Below, in pieces: positions 36,365 through 46,314 of a DNA stretch of 64,000 nucleotides. This stretch comes from a bacterium (GTDB taxonomy: Bacteria; UBA8248; JACPRG01; G963555815), in assembly GCA_965218795.1 (NCBI GenBank), contig OZ244653.1, forward strand, positions 4,032,001 to 4,096,000, given 5' to 3'. The notes under the pieces were generated by a model. That model did not search any database. It was not told the origin of the DNA and was given only the letters and a program-made list of their open reading frames with translations. Numbering within the stretch: the stretch's first letter is position 1; each line of letters opens with the position of its first letter. Both the position numbers and the translations under genes were made by a program.

Positions 36365-37753
36365 TTGGTCTCTCTGTCGCAGGACGCAGGGCCGGATGGG
36401 CTCCCCTCAAGATATCGGGCCGGGCGGGCGCTGTTTCTGGACCTCTTCTCTCTGGCATTGCTGGTCCGGCTTCTTTTTTTGGTGCCGGTGCTGTTGGCAT
36501 TTGTCCGAGGCGATCCACCTTATCTCGGGGGCGATTGGGGGGCGTTTCATGATTGGGGGGAGAAGATCCTCTCAGGAGAGGGGATGGTCACGGACGGCCG
36601 GCCCACGGCCGAATACACCCCGCTGTACCCCTTGTTCATCGCGGGTGTCTATGCGATCACCGACTCCGCTCCCTGGGCGGTGCTCTTGGCGCAAACGGTC
36701 CTGGGTGCCCTGGCCTGTCCAATCGTAGCTGCGGCCGCGAAGGATCTGGTGGCGCATCCGGTCGGAGGACGGTACGCCGCAGCAACGGCGGGAATCCTGC
36801 ACGCTCTCTACCCGCCACTGATCAAGTCCGAGCAGCTTGTCATGACCGAGGCCCTGTTTGCTTTCTGGACGGCCATTTGCCTCTGGATTCTGATCCGGCT
36901 GGGACGCCGGATGACACTCGGTGGAATGGCGTTGCTGGGCTTGGTCGGTGCCCTGGGTTCGTTGACGAAGCCCTCCCTGGCGATTCTGCCGTTTGTGGCC
37001 GGCGGGGCCCTGGCCGTGAAGGATTGTATCCGGACCCGGCGCTTCGGGCCTTCATTCCTCAAGGTGTTGGTTCTGGTGGTTGTCTTCGCAGGCGTGCTCT
37101 CGCCATGGGTTGCGAGAAACTACAAGGCCTTCGGCCGCTTCGTGCCGCTCGGGACGGAGGGCGGCATCGTCTTTTATGACGGCTTGAACCTGAAGGAGGG
37201 CTGGAAACCGGGCTTCCGTACCCACGACCAGATCACAGCGCAGGCGGCGAAGATCGAGCCGGAGCCCGACCGCAGCGCCTTTCTGATGCGCGCCGGCTGG
37301 AAGAAACTCACGGCCAATCCGGGCCATTTGCCCTTGCTCATCGGTGTCAAGACGCTCTTTTTCTGGAGCCCATTCGACTGGGAGATCTTTCTGAACGGCG
37401 CGTACAGCTTCGGATTCGTTTTTCTCCTGCCCTTCGCCGTTTGCGCTTTCCTCCGGTTGGACTCCCCGGATCGGCCGGGCCGGGTGGACATGTGGAACCG
37501 CGTGGGCCTCTGGCCGGTTTGGGGCATGGTGGCCTACTTCTTCGCCCTCGGGATTGTCTTCATCGGTTCGCCCCGTTTGCGGCTGCCGTGTGAAATCGGC
37601 ATCCTGGTTCTGGCAGCGTTGGGGATGGTCAGGCTCATTCAGACGAAGACCCGGCGGACCTTTTGGACGGCATCCGCGGTTTGGCTGGCGGCAAACGTTG
37701 TGATGTTCTATTTGTCTGATGCACTTCGCTCATGGTTGAAGATCGCGTTATAA
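36365..37753 (+). CDS. ArnT/PMT-like GT-C membrane glycosyltransferase
   Basis: PLYP, MTEAL, PWVARNY and PRLRLP motifs; similar to 22958-24361. Confidence 0.82.
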   Translation: MVSLSQDAGPDGLPSRYRAGRALFLDLFSLALLVRLLFLVPVLLAFVRGDPPYLGGDWGAFHDWGEKILSGEGMVTDGRPTAEYTPLYPLFIAGVYAITDSAPWAVLLAQTVLGALACPIVAAAAKDLVAHPVGGRYAAATAGILHALYPPLIKSEQLVMTEALFAFWTAICLWILIRLGRRMTLGGMALLGLVGALGSLTKPSLAILPFVAGGALAVKDCIRTRRFGPSFLKVLVLVVVFAGVLSPWVARNYKAFGRFVPLGTEGGIVFYDGLNLKEGWKPGFRTHDQITAQAAKIEPEPDRSAFLMRAGWKKLTANPGHLPLLIGVKTLFFWSPFDWEIFLNGAYSFGFVFLLPFAVCAFLRLDSPDRPGRVDMWNRVGLWPVWGMVAYFFALGIVFIGSPRLRLPCEIGILVLAALGMVRLIQTKTRRTFWTASAVWLAANVVMFYLSDALRSWLKIAL

Positions 37754-37772
37754 ATGCCACTGAGGCCGCGAA

Positions 37773-38801
37773 ATGGCCGAGGCAATATTGCATGGGATGG
37801 GGGGTGGATCGCTGGGCTGGAAAAGGAAAAACGTCTTGGTGACCGGAGCCGGGGGATTCGTGGGAAGCCACCTGGTGGAGCTGCTGTTGCGGGAGGGTGC
37901 CCACGTCCGGGGACTCGTCCGCTACAACTCGCGGAATGCATCGGGCTTCCTGTCCGAATTTGCTGCGGATTATCCGGATACGCTGGAAATCACCGCCGGT
38001 GACCTGAACGCCGAGGAAACGATACGTGCGGCCATGAAGGGGCAGGAGGTGGTCTTTCATCTGGCGGCCCTGATCGGAATCCCGTACTCATACCTTCATC
38101 CGGCGGAGGTGGTCCAGACCAACGTCGTCGGAACGCTGAACGTGCTTTTGGCGGCCCGGGATGAAGGGGTGGAGCGCGTTGTTCACACTTCGACCAGCGA
38201 GGTCTATGGCTCTGCGATTTCCGTGCCCATCGCTGAAAGCCATCCCCTCCAGCCTCAGTCGCCTTATTCGGCGACTAAAATCGGCGCGGATGCCATTGCC
38301 CTGAGCTTCCACAACGCCTTCGATCTGCCTGTGGCCGTCATCCGACCGTTCAATGTGTACGGGCCCCGCCAGTCGGCTCGGGCGGTGATCCCGGCGATCA
38401 TTGTCCAGGCGCTGGCGAGGGACGTCGTCAGGCTGGGCGCGACGCATCCGCGGCGGGACCTGACGTTCGTGGAAGATACCGCGAGGGGCTTCCTGGCCGT
38501 GGGGGGATCGACCGAGGCCGTTGGGCAGGTCACCAACATCGGGTCGGGGTTCGAGATCACGATCGGCGAACTGGTGGAGAGGATCATCGATAGGATCGGC
38601 CGTCCCGTGAAGCTGGAGACCGAAGAATCCCGCCTGCGGCCCGGCAGGAGCGAAGTCACGCGTCTGTGGGCGTATACTAAGAAGGCCAAGGAATTATTGG
38701 GCTGGGAGCCGCAGGTTTCCCTCGACCAGGGCCTCGACCGGACCATTGCGTATATTCGGGAGCGCCTGCCTGAATACAATCCCGACCGTTACACTGTGTA
38801 G
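37773..38801 (+). CDS. NDP-sugar 4,6-dehydratase/epimerase (LegB-like)
   Basis: TGAGGFVG, LAALIGIPYSY, TSTSEVYG, PQSPYSATK and YGPRQSARAVIP motifs; start uncertain. Confidence 0.88.
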   Translation: MAEAILHGMGGGSLGWKRKNVLVTGAGGFVGSHLVELLLREGAHVRGLVRYNSRNASGFLSEFAADYPDTLEITAGDLNAEETIRAAMKGQEVVFHLAALIGIPYSYLHPAEVVQTNVVGTLNVLLAARDEGVERVVHTSTSEVYGSAISVPIAESHPLQPQSPYSATKIGADAIALSFHNAFDLPVAVIRPFNVYGPRQSARAVIPAIIVQALARDVVRLGATHPRRDLTFVEDTARGFLAVGGSTEAVGQVTNIGSGFEITIGELVERIIDRIGRPVKLETEESRLRPGRSEVTRLWAYTKKAKELLGWEPQVSLDQGLDRTIAYIRERLPEYNPDRYTV

Positions 38802-38913
38802 ACGGACGGGAGACTTTTTACGTCGAAGCTGGCATCGGGATATCGTGCCTCCCCATTGTTTGTCATGGAGGAAGTATCGATAGCCTTGTGCAATTTGTCC
38901 GATGCCGGCTTCC

Positions 38914-38942
38914 TTGAATCTGGAAATCCATGGATTTAGATT
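38914..38942 (+). promoter_or_regulatory. Promoter with a perfect 14-bp palindrome in its spacer
   Basis: TTGAAT-17 bp-TAGATT; AAATCCATGGATTT at 38924-38937. Confidence 0.45.
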
Positions 38943-39120
38943 GTGTTTGAGAATGTAGGATATCTCTTCGGGTTGTGGTGTGATCGAGTGGAGGATAATT
39001 GCGGCCAATCGGGCGGCCAAACGCGAGGGTGCCGGTTGCGTTGAAAAGCGGGCGACCCAGGCCTCCCTTCAGGGCGGGTCAGAGGTTGCTCCTCCAGGTT
39101 ATTTCCGTGGAAATCTCAAG

Positions 39121-39825
39121 ATGCGTGCGGTGATTCTGGCAGGCGGCCTCGGCACGAGACTCCGCCCTTTGACATTTTCCATTCCCAAACCGCTCCTTCC
39201 GGTGGGCGAACATCCGATCCTGGAGCTTATCCTCAATCGGCTGATGGAGTTTGACTTTGAGAATTTCATCTTCTCCGTTGGATATCGTGCGGAACTGATC
39301 GAGACCTACTTCGGCGACGGCTCCCGGTTTGGAATCCGCATTCACTACCTCAAAGAGGAAGAGCCTACGGGAACTGCAGGCTGCCTCGAACTGATGAGAC
39401 GAAATTTTGATGTGGCCGAAGATGAGACCTTTCTCCTCATGAACGGCGACATTCTGACCGAGCTCGATTTCAGCCGGTTCATTCATCATCACGCCAAAGA
39501 ACAATTTGAGTTGACCGTGGGAGTGAAGGAAATCGATAGGCAGCTTCCCTACGGCGTCTTAGAGGAAAAGGACGGCCTCGTCCGCCGAATCATTGAGAAG
39601 CCCGTGTCACGCTATCCTATATCCGCCGGCATCTATCTCCTCCAAGGGAGCACCCTCCCGTTCATTCCCGGGGATACGCACTTCACCATCCCGGATCTCG
39701 TGGAGAGCCTGGCTTCGAAGGGCCGGCGCGTGGGGAGTTACCTGATCGAAGAGTACTGGCTGGCCGTCGAGCATCAAGAAGACATGGAAAAGGCGCGGTC
39801 TCGCGTCGAGGGCGGTTCTGGATGA
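39121..39825 (+). CDS. Sugar-phosphate nucleotidyltransferase
   Basis: ILAGGLGTRLRPLT..PKPL, GTAG, MNGD and EKP motifs. Confidence 0.92.
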   Translation: MRAVILAGGLGTRLRPLTFSIPKPLLPVGEHPILELILNRLMEFDFENFIFSVGYRAELIETYFGDGSRFGIRIHYLKEEEPTGTAGCLELMRRNFDVAEDETFLLMNGDILTELDFSRFIHHHAKEQFELTVGVKEIDRQLPYGVLEEKDGLVRRIIEKPVSRYPISAGIYLLQGSTLPFIPGDTHFTIPDLVESLASKGRRVGSYLIEEYWLAVEHQEDMEKARSRVEGGSG

Positions 39826-40520
39826 CTTTCGAGCCGAAAAAGCTCACAGTCGTTATCCCCGTCTACAACGAGCGCAATACGATCGACGAAGTCATCCGCC
39901 GTGTACTGGAGGTGGACGTTGGTTTGGAGCTGGAATTGATCGTCTTGGATGGGAACTCGACCGACGGGACGCGGGAGTATCTTCATTCCTTGGAAGATCC
40001 CAGGATTCGGGTCATCCTGGAAGAGAAGCGCGGAGGGAAAGGGGCGGCCGTTCGCCTCGGCTACGAGCAGGCCACTGGAGACGTCGTGATCATCCAGGAC
40101 GCAGACCTCGAGCTGGACCCCGCCGAGTTTCCCAAGTTGCTGGCTCCCATCCTGGACGGGGAGGCCCAAGCCGTGTATGGAAGCCGATTCGCAAACGGCA
40201 GGGGCGCGACGCCGTTCGGCAGCTTCTTGGGCAACAAGGTCATCACGTGGGGAACCAATCTTCTGTTCTGTTCCCGCCTGACCGACATCGCCACCGCCTA
40301 CAAGGTCATCCGCAAGGACGTTCTCAATACGCTGCACCTGGTTTGCAACGGATTCGATTTCGATGCGGAAATCACTAACAAGCTGCTTATGAGCGGCATC
40401 CGAATCCGGGAAATCCCCGTCGCATATTCCCCCCGGGATCACGAGGCGGGGAAGAAGCTTCACTGGTCGGCCGGGTTCAGCGTCCTGCTCACCACCATCC
40501 GAAACCGGTTGAGCGGCTAA
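39822..40520 (+). CDS. DPM1-like GT2
   Basis: PVYNE, STDGT, GKGAA, QDADLE, VYGSRF and GKKL motifs. Confidence 0.9.
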   Translation: MTFEPKKLTVVIPVYNERNTIDEVIRRVLEVDVGLELELIVLDGNSTDGTREYLHSLEDPRIRVILEEKRGGKGAAVRLGYEQATGDVVIIQDADLELDPAEFPKLLAPILDGEAQAVYGSRFANGRGATPFGSFLGNKVITWGTNLLFCSRLTDIATAYKVIRKDVLNTLHLVCNGFDFDAEITNKLLMSGIRIREIPVAYSPRDHEAGKKLHWSAGFSVLLTTIRNRLSG

Positions 40521-40559
40521 TCCTCGGCATTTCCCTGAGCTGTGGAGCCGGAGTGAATC

Positions 40560-42515
40560 GTGATTCCAGAAGCCGGAGTTTCGTTCAGAGGGGTTGGCCG
40601 GGTGGATGAATGGCTTACCGAATGCCGAGTGGCCCGCTGGTTGGGGTTGAGCCAGCGGTTGCGCCGGTGGCGGGAGGGGGACGGATGGTTATCCCCGGCG
40701 ACTACGGAGCCGCCGGACCGAACCGAATGGCTGAGAGGCGGCGTCATTGTCTCCTCGCTTTTCTGGCTGATCCGGACATTCTTCTTGTGGCTTGGTCGGC
40801 AGGCGAGTGAGGGTCTTTGGGGCAGGGGGTGGCGCGCGTTGGCCGCCGGATTTGCCGTTGCACCACAACGGACGCTGGCGTCCTTCCTTCTTTCGGGACT
40901 CGGAGTCAACGGCGCTCTCCTCCTGATGACCGGGATTTCCGTACAATCCGAGGGGATTCTGGTCCGTGGCATCCTGATGATTCTTGGATTGTCGGCCGTC
41001 TGGTTCAAAGAAGGGGCCCTGGTCCGCTGGTGGCGGAGTTGGTGGGTCCGGCGTCTGTTTGGATCAAGGGACCGTGGGGAGGTAGCTCCTCCAACGGATT
41101 CGAAGGCTTCTTCTTCGAGCGATCCAGCTTCTTTCTTCGTACCGATTTTGGCCGGATCGTTGACCGGTCTTCTGTGGTGGTATTCCCCGGGCACCACGTT
41201 CATTGGGATACTGTTGGCCGGACTGGCGATTGGGTTGAAGAACAAAGGTCTCCGGGATAACGGGAGATATTTGACGCGCCTGTTTTGGGTGGCCCTTGGA
41301 TTACGGGTGGGTTTGGTGACGCTTGCCTACTTTTGGGCTGTTCTGACCGGGAGATTTTATCCGCACTCGGCCCTCGTTGATTTTCAGATTCAGATGCCGA
41401 TGCTCTTCGACGACGGCGGATACTTTTCGGCCCGGGCTTGGGCCACGAGTCAGCTTTGGCGGGGGGCGGAAGTCTGGCCCCATGCGTTGTTCGAGATCCG
41501 CCAAGTGTATGGGGCTTCTTCTTATCTCTATGTTCCGGCTCTGTTCTTTTACGTTTTCGGAGAGGATGCCCTCATTTCCGTACGGCTGATCAACGCCTTG
41601 CTCGGGGCCTGTCTGCCGCTCATGGTGTTTGGTTTGACCAGAGATTTGTTCGGAACCCGGGCCGCCCGGCTCGCGTCCGGAATCATGTGTGTATACCCTT
41701 CATTGGTGGTATGGAACCTGGATTTGCTCAAGGATTCGCTCTTCGTTACAATTTTTTTTGGTGTCATTTGGTGTTTGGTCCGGTTTCAACGGAAATACAG
41801 GACTGGCTACTACCTGGCATCACTGGCCGGAACCGCGATCTTGATGTCCATCCGTCTCAATCTCGGCGCGATCGCGTTGGGGGCGGCTCTTCTCGCGTGG
41901 ATTCCATTCCTTTGGAAATCGGTGATTTGCCGGAGTCCCACCCGGGTGTTGCTCGCCATCGTCCTTTTGGTGGGCGTGGTCCTTTCTCCGCCGATTCAAA
42001 GGGAGATGGGCGACTGGCTCTATCGGCTTTTCTCGGTGCAGCGAGGCGTGACTCAGACCCCAGGGCGCGCGAAGTACGCGCTTTGGGACAGAAGACTTTA
42101 TATTCATTCGGCCTCCGCCCCTTTCCTGGAGCAGATCCGGCCCGGCGAGGTGGTTCGCGCGTTTGCTCTCAGCCAGTATCATTTTTGGCTTGAACCGGTC
42201 CCGTGGGAACACCGTACGCGGATGCAACGACTGGTCCTCCCGCAAATGATTCTTTGGTACGGGATCTTGTTGATCGGCCTGGCGGGGGTCTGGCGTCTGA
42301 GGCGGGATCTCCAGGGCTTATGGATACTGTTGATGGTGACCGGCTTGCTGAGCTTCATCATCGGTATGGTCAGTGGAAGCGTGGGAACAGTCTTTCGTCA
42401 CCGCGATTTGTTGACGCCGATTTGGATCCTTCTGGCAGCCGGCGGGCTTGCCGGAAGAGTCATCCCGAGTGTCCGGGCCGCATCAGTTGATCCGGCAAAA
42501 CCGGAGACCTCCTGA
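40560..42515 (+). CDS. Large polytopic membrane protein, GT-C (GT39-like) transferase/polymerase
   Basis: Many TM helices; DDGGY, YPS.....LLKD and terminal FRHR motifs. Confidence 0.65.
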   Translation: MIPEAGVSFRGVGRVDEWLTECRVARWLGLSQRLRRWREGDGWLSPATTEPPDRTEWLRGGVIVSSLFWLIRTFFLWLGRQASEGLWGRGWRALAAGFAVAPQRTLASFLLSGLGVNGALLLMTGISVQSEGILVRGILMILGLSAVWFKEGALVRWWRSWWVRRLFGSRDRGEVAPPTDSKASSSSDPASFFVPILAGSLTGLLWWYSPGTTFIGILLAGLAIGLKNKGLRDNGRYLTRLFWVALGLRVGLVTLAYFWAVLTGRFYPHSALVDFQIQMPMLFDDGGYFSARAWATSQLWRGAEVWPHALFEIRQVYGASSYLYVPALFFYVFGEDALISVRLINALLGACLPLMVFGLTRDLFGTRAARLASGIMCVYPSLVVWNLDLLKDSLFVTIFFGVIWCLVRFQRKYRTGYYLASLAGTAILMSIRLNLGAIALGAALLAWIPFLWKSVICRSPTRVLLAIVLLVGVVLSPPIQREMGDWLYRLFSVQRGVTQTPGRAKYALWDRRLYIHSASAPFLEQIRPGEVVRAFALSQYHFWLEPVPWEHRTRMQRLVLPQMILWYGILLIGLAGVWRLRRDLQGLWILLMVTGLLSFIIGMVSGSVGTVFRHRDLLTPIWILLAAGGLAGRVIPSVRAASVDPAKPETS

Positions 42516-43818
42516 GCGGAGCGACCGCCTGAATTCCCTGGACCCAAAACAACCGGACGCAGAAGAACATACTGTCCCCCCGGAGTGGATTCCCCCGGAT
42601 TCTCCTCCCACCCTTCTGTTCTTGTCATATAACGGCATCCTGGAACCGTTGATGAAGTCTCAGGGCCTGTCTTATTTGCGGGGGCTCGCGCGTTGGGGGG
42701 TGAAGGTGCATCTTCTCACGTTCGAGAAAACCGCTTTCCCCGGGTCGCCGCCTGGGAGCGCGTTACGCCGGGATCTGATGCGCGAGGGTGTAGCCTGGAC
42801 CTGGCTGCGGTACCATAAGCGGCCGCCTTTCCTGTCCACCTTTTGCGATGTGATTCGGGCCTGGTACGCGGCCTCGCGAATTGTCCACCGCTCCGGGGTT
42901 GATATCATCGAGGCGCGGGGGACCATTCCCGCCGGAATCGGATATCCCCTGGCCCGCTTCTTTCACCGCCGTTTTCTCTTTAACGTGCGCGGGATACTGG
43001 CGGAGGAGAACATCGATGCGGGGAGGTGGCGGCGAAATCACCCCGTGGTCCGCTGGGTGAGCCGGTCAGAGAAGCAGTGGATCATGCGGGCTGACGCCGT
43101 CATCGTTCTCACCGGCGCGATGAAGCGGTTATTGGCCGGTATGGACTACCTCCCGCGACCGCGACGGGACCGCGTGACCGTCATCCCGTGCTGCGTGGAT
43201 TCTGACCGTTTTCTCCCGCCGTCCAACCCGAGCAACGCGATGGAGGATGGACCCGTATTCGTCTATGCGGGATCCCTGGGGGGATATTATCTGGTGCGGG
43301 AGATGTTCGATTTTTTCGCCGTTGCCGCGGACAGGTGGCCGCGCGCCCGGTTTCGTCTTCTGGTCAATGGTTTTGACGACGTTGCGAACGAGGCGGTGGA
43401 GGCGAGCGGCTTGGATCCTGAACGAATCGAGGTGGAAACGGTTGACCATGAGGCGGTTCCCGCGCGCTTGGCCGCCTCCAGCGTCGGGTTGATATTTGCC
43501 CGTCCTTCTTTTGCGAGAGTGGGGATGTCACCGACGAAGTTGGCGGAGTATCTCGCATGCGGTCTGCCGGTCGTCGCCACCCGGGAGATTGGCGACATCG
43601 ATAGCATTTTGGGAGAGGACCGGACCGGCGTAGTGGTTCAAAACCTGAACCGCGAGGCGTATGAGCAGGCATGTGAAAGACTCGCCGAACTGCTCGATGA
43701 AGGGCAGGCGTTATCTCAACGATGTCGTGAATCGGCTATCCGCCGATTCGGCATTCAAAGGGGTTTGAGCGCATATCGGGAGGTCCTGGGGAACCTGGGA
43801 TTTTCGCGTTGGAATTGA
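42448..43818 (+). CDS. Glycosyltransferase family 4 (true start probably downstream of 42515)
   Basis: SQGLSYL, VIPCCVD, YAGSLG and SPTKLAEYLACGLPVV motifs. Confidence 0.88.
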   Translation: MPEESSRVSGPHQLIRQNRRPPERSDRLNSLDPKQPDAEEHTVPPEWIPPDSPPTLLFLSYNGILEPLMKSQGLSYLRGLARWGVKVHLLTFEKTAFPGSPPGSALRRDLMREGVAWTWLRYHKRPPFLSTFCDVIRAWYAASRIVHRSGVDIIEARGTIPAGIGYPLARFFHRRFLFNVRGILAEENIDAGRWRRNHPVVRWVSRSEKQWIMRADAVIVLTGAMKRLLAGMDYLPRPRRDRVTVIPCCVDSDRFLPPSNPSNAMEDGPVFVYAGSLGGYYLVREMFDFFAVAADRWPRARFRLLVNGFDDVANEAVEASGLDPERIEVETVDHEAVPARLAASSVGLIFARPSFARVGMSPTKLAEYLACGLPVVATREIGDIDSILGEDRTGVVVQNLNREAYEQACERLAELLDEGQALSQRCRESAIRRFGIQRGLSAYREVLGNLGFSRWN

Positions 43819-44139
43819 GGATGGGCATACAGATTGCGAAACTTTCATGAATATGATGGAACATTCGGGATATCGGGCGTCAACCGGGCACAGGAGGCCG
43901 GACCTGATCCTGATGGATCTGTACATGCCTCGAATGGACGGGTTCGCGGCTATGCAGACCCTCCAGGAGAATCCTGACACGCGCGGGATATCCCGGTTGT
44001 CGCGATCTGTGCGGAAATGTCGAAGGCCACCGCAGAACGGGCCGTTCACGCGGGTTGCGTGGGTTACTTGGGAAAGCCGTTCGACGCGGAGAGCCTGCGG
44101 CACGAGGTGGAGCGCGCCATCCGGGCCGCAAAGCGATAA
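43814..44139 (+). pseudogene. Frameshifted CheY/DivK-like receiver domain
   Basis: IED..., PDLILMDLYMPRMDG, then a frameshift near 43988 into DIPVVAICA...GCVGYLGKPF. Confidence 0.8.
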
Positions 44140-44194
44140 GCCTCCTTCTTTTCCGGAAGAAGCAAACCCTCCGACGGCATCTCTTCTCGCTGAT

Positions 44195-45121
44195 TTACCC
44201 TGATCCTTGCGGTCGAGGGGAGGCTGCCTGCGGCGGCGCGCAGGCACCCCGCCGCGCCAGCGTCTCGGCGTTCTGGTAAGCGAGCTTTTTCGCGACGGAA
44301 GCCGGCAATTCCCGGAGCCACTGCCGATATCCATCGAGCGTGGCTGGCAGAAATTCCCACTGGTTCAGGTTCCATGTGTCTGTTCCGATGAGAAAGCGGT
44401 CCGGGTGACGGAGGAAAAGCCTTCTCCACTCCGGCTTCAAACCGTCGTGCGAGACGTCCCATCGAAGCGACAGCTCCGTCCACAGGTTGGGGAACCGGTC
44501 CAGGAGCCTGCTGATGACCTCAGGCCCCGCCGACATTCCGGCGTGTGCCCAGAGCACGCAGACGTCCTGACGGATCCCGGCGATCTTCGCAATGGTCACA
44601 TCATCCACATGGGCGTGAAGAAACAGGCTTCTCTTGGCGGCCAGTTCGATGATTTGACGGAAAATTTCTGAGTCCGCATCCTCACGCCCCATGTGGAACT
44701 CGCCGATGCCCCGGTAGACGTTTCTGTTTGTCCGGAGCCGGTCCTTGAGGTAAGCCAGGACATCCGCATTTCGAAACCAGTTCGTCCGGTCGGACCCGTC
44801 CCGGTACGGGCGGAGAACGGGAACGATGAACTGCGGCGCAATCCGATGGAGGGACAACGTCCCCTCATCCGGTGTGCTGGAGACGAACGCCCGCGTTACG
44901 CCGCCTTTTCTGAGGATGTTCAGGGCCGCATTGGGCGCGAGACTCTCCCATTGGGAGTGATTGTAATGGATATGTGCATCGAAGACAGGCAACCGTTGGG
45001 CCGATGCCGTGACCCCCGCAAAAACCCATCCGCAACCGAATGAAGCCAGAAGAACAGCCCGGCCCAGGCTGACGGAAAAGAGAACATTCCTTCGGCGAGA
45101 CCCCCGGGAGACGATCTTCAT
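44195..45121 (-). CDS. Exported amidohydrolase-family (TIM barrel) protein
   Basis: Signal peptide; DAHIH, GIGEFH, HAH, WAHAG and GTDT motifs. Confidence 0.82.
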   Translation of the reverse strand: MKIVSRGSRRRNVLFSVSLGRAVLLASFGCGWVFAGVTASAQRLPVFDAHIHYNHSQWESLAPNAALNILRKGGVTRAFVSSTPDEGTLSLHRIAPQFIVPVLRPYRDGSDRTNWFRNADVLAYLKDRLRTNRNVYRGIGEFHMGREDADSEIFRQIIELAAKRSLFLHAHVDDVTIAKIAGIRQDVCVLWAHAGMSAGPEVISRLLDRFPNLWTELSLRWDVSHDGLKPEWRRLFLRHPDRFLIGTDTWNLNQWEFLPATLDGYRQWLRELPASVAKKLAYQNAETLARRGACAPPQAASPRPQGSG

Positions 45122-45963
45122 GGTTCCGACTTCCCGTCCGAGCAGGTTTGCTCAACCATGATTCGCTCCACCCCCGCGGTTTCACCGTAGGTCGCGTTGA
45201 AGCCCGCTTTTCCATGGAAGACGAGAAAGAATCTATTCTTCCGTGACTCTGGGGAGTCTCCGAACCGGTCGCCTTCCATGAGTAACTTCACGAGTGCGCC
45301 GCCCTCCAGATAGGCCATGCGAAGCTTAATGGTTCTGGCGTTTCGCCTGTTGAAGATATCGGCTTCGCCCCGGATTTCCCGAAGAAGGGTCTCCAGAGAG
45401 ATGAAATGTCCCTCCCTCCTGTATTGACATAAGATATCCCGCACCGGCCGGCCGAACGTCGGAAAGGCGCTCAGGTTTCCGAACCGTTCCTCCAGGTACA
45501 CCGCCAGCCCTTCCGCCAGAAACCGGTTTCGGGAGGGCGCCAGGGAATGGGAAATTTCATGGATCAGATTGGCCTTTCCATCCCGGACCCGATGAACGGG
45601 CATCTCCATTCGGTTTTCACCCCTCCAGAGGAAGATCAGAGTGCGGGGGATTCGGAATTGCGGCCGGATGAACATGTGGATGCGCTTCACCTGGAGAAAT
45701 TCGTGTTCCTGCGGCGCCCCCAGGAATTCCATGACAGTCTCGTAGGCCTGATCGGCCGTCTTGCCGAAGGACAGGGCTTCAGGTTTTGAGATTTCCGTGT
45801 AATCGATCATAAGGTGTTTCGTGGTGACGGTCGCCGCCCCAGCGGGTGAATGAGGAGAAAGGAAGAGTACGGCAAGGAGAATACCGCCCAAATGGCAAGT
45901 CGGGTGATATGTCGGTTCAGAAGAATCAATTTGAATTCGCCTTCCTGAGAGAAATATCGGCAC
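45118..45963 (-). CDS. Gluzincin-like Zn metallopeptidase-domain protein
   Basis: HEISH followed by FLAEGLAVY; hydrophobic N-terminal segment; start uncertain. Confidence 0.6.
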   Translation of the reverse strand: MPIFLSGRRIQIDSSEPTYHPTCHLGGILLAVLFLSPHSPAGAATVTTKHLMIDYTEISKPEALSFGKTADQAYETVMEFLGAPQEHEFLQVKRIHMFIRPQFRIPRTLIFLWRGENRMEMPVHRVRDGKANLIHEISHSLAPSRNRFLAEGLAVYLEERFGNLSAFPTFGRPVRDILCQYRREGHFISLETLLREIRGEADIFNRRNARTIKLRMAYLEGGALVKLLMEGDRFGDSPESRKNRFFLVFHGKAGFNATYGETAGVERIMVEQTCSDGKSEP

Positions 45964-46070
45964 GGAACGGCGGATACCAAAAAGTCTGCTTTTATGTGTA
46001 CCCTGTAAGAATCATATCCGTTTGCGACGCAGAATGCGTCCGTACGGTCCCGCTCCGGAAAAAAATCCGC

Positions 46071-46099
46071 TTGACCCTGATACTTTCAGGCAATAGAGT
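46071..46099 (+). promoter_or_regulatory. Sigma70-type promoter of the TPP leader
   Basis: TTGACC-17 bp-TAGAGT, ending 13 nt upstream of the aptamer. Confidence 0.65.
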
Positions 46100-46112
46100 A
46101 GGCTTTCATGAA

Positions 46113-46195
46113 CCGCTAGGGGTGGCTTGGACTGAGAGTCAGTTACCTGACAACCCTTAGAACCTGATCTGGTTAATGCCAGCGTAGGGAAGCGG
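46113..46195 (+). ncRNA. TPP riboswitch
   Basis: AGGGGTG..CTGAGA..ACCC..GAACCTGATCTGGTTAATGCCAGCGTAGGGA with P1 CCGCT/AGCGG. Confidence 0.96.
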
Positions 46196-46255
46196 CCAAA
46201 AATGATGAGCGTTGCGCGGGAAGCGAAATCCGCCGCCCCGAATATTCGTTGCATC

Positions 46256-46289
46256 AGCCGTTTCCCTGAATGGGGAGACGGCTTTTTTT
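46256..46289 (+). terminator. Riboswitch expression-platform terminator
   Basis: AGCCGTTTCCC..GGGAGACGGCT followed by a T-run. Confidence 0.88.
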
Positions 46290-46314
46290 GTTGAAGACCG
46301 AAGGCTCCACCGCG

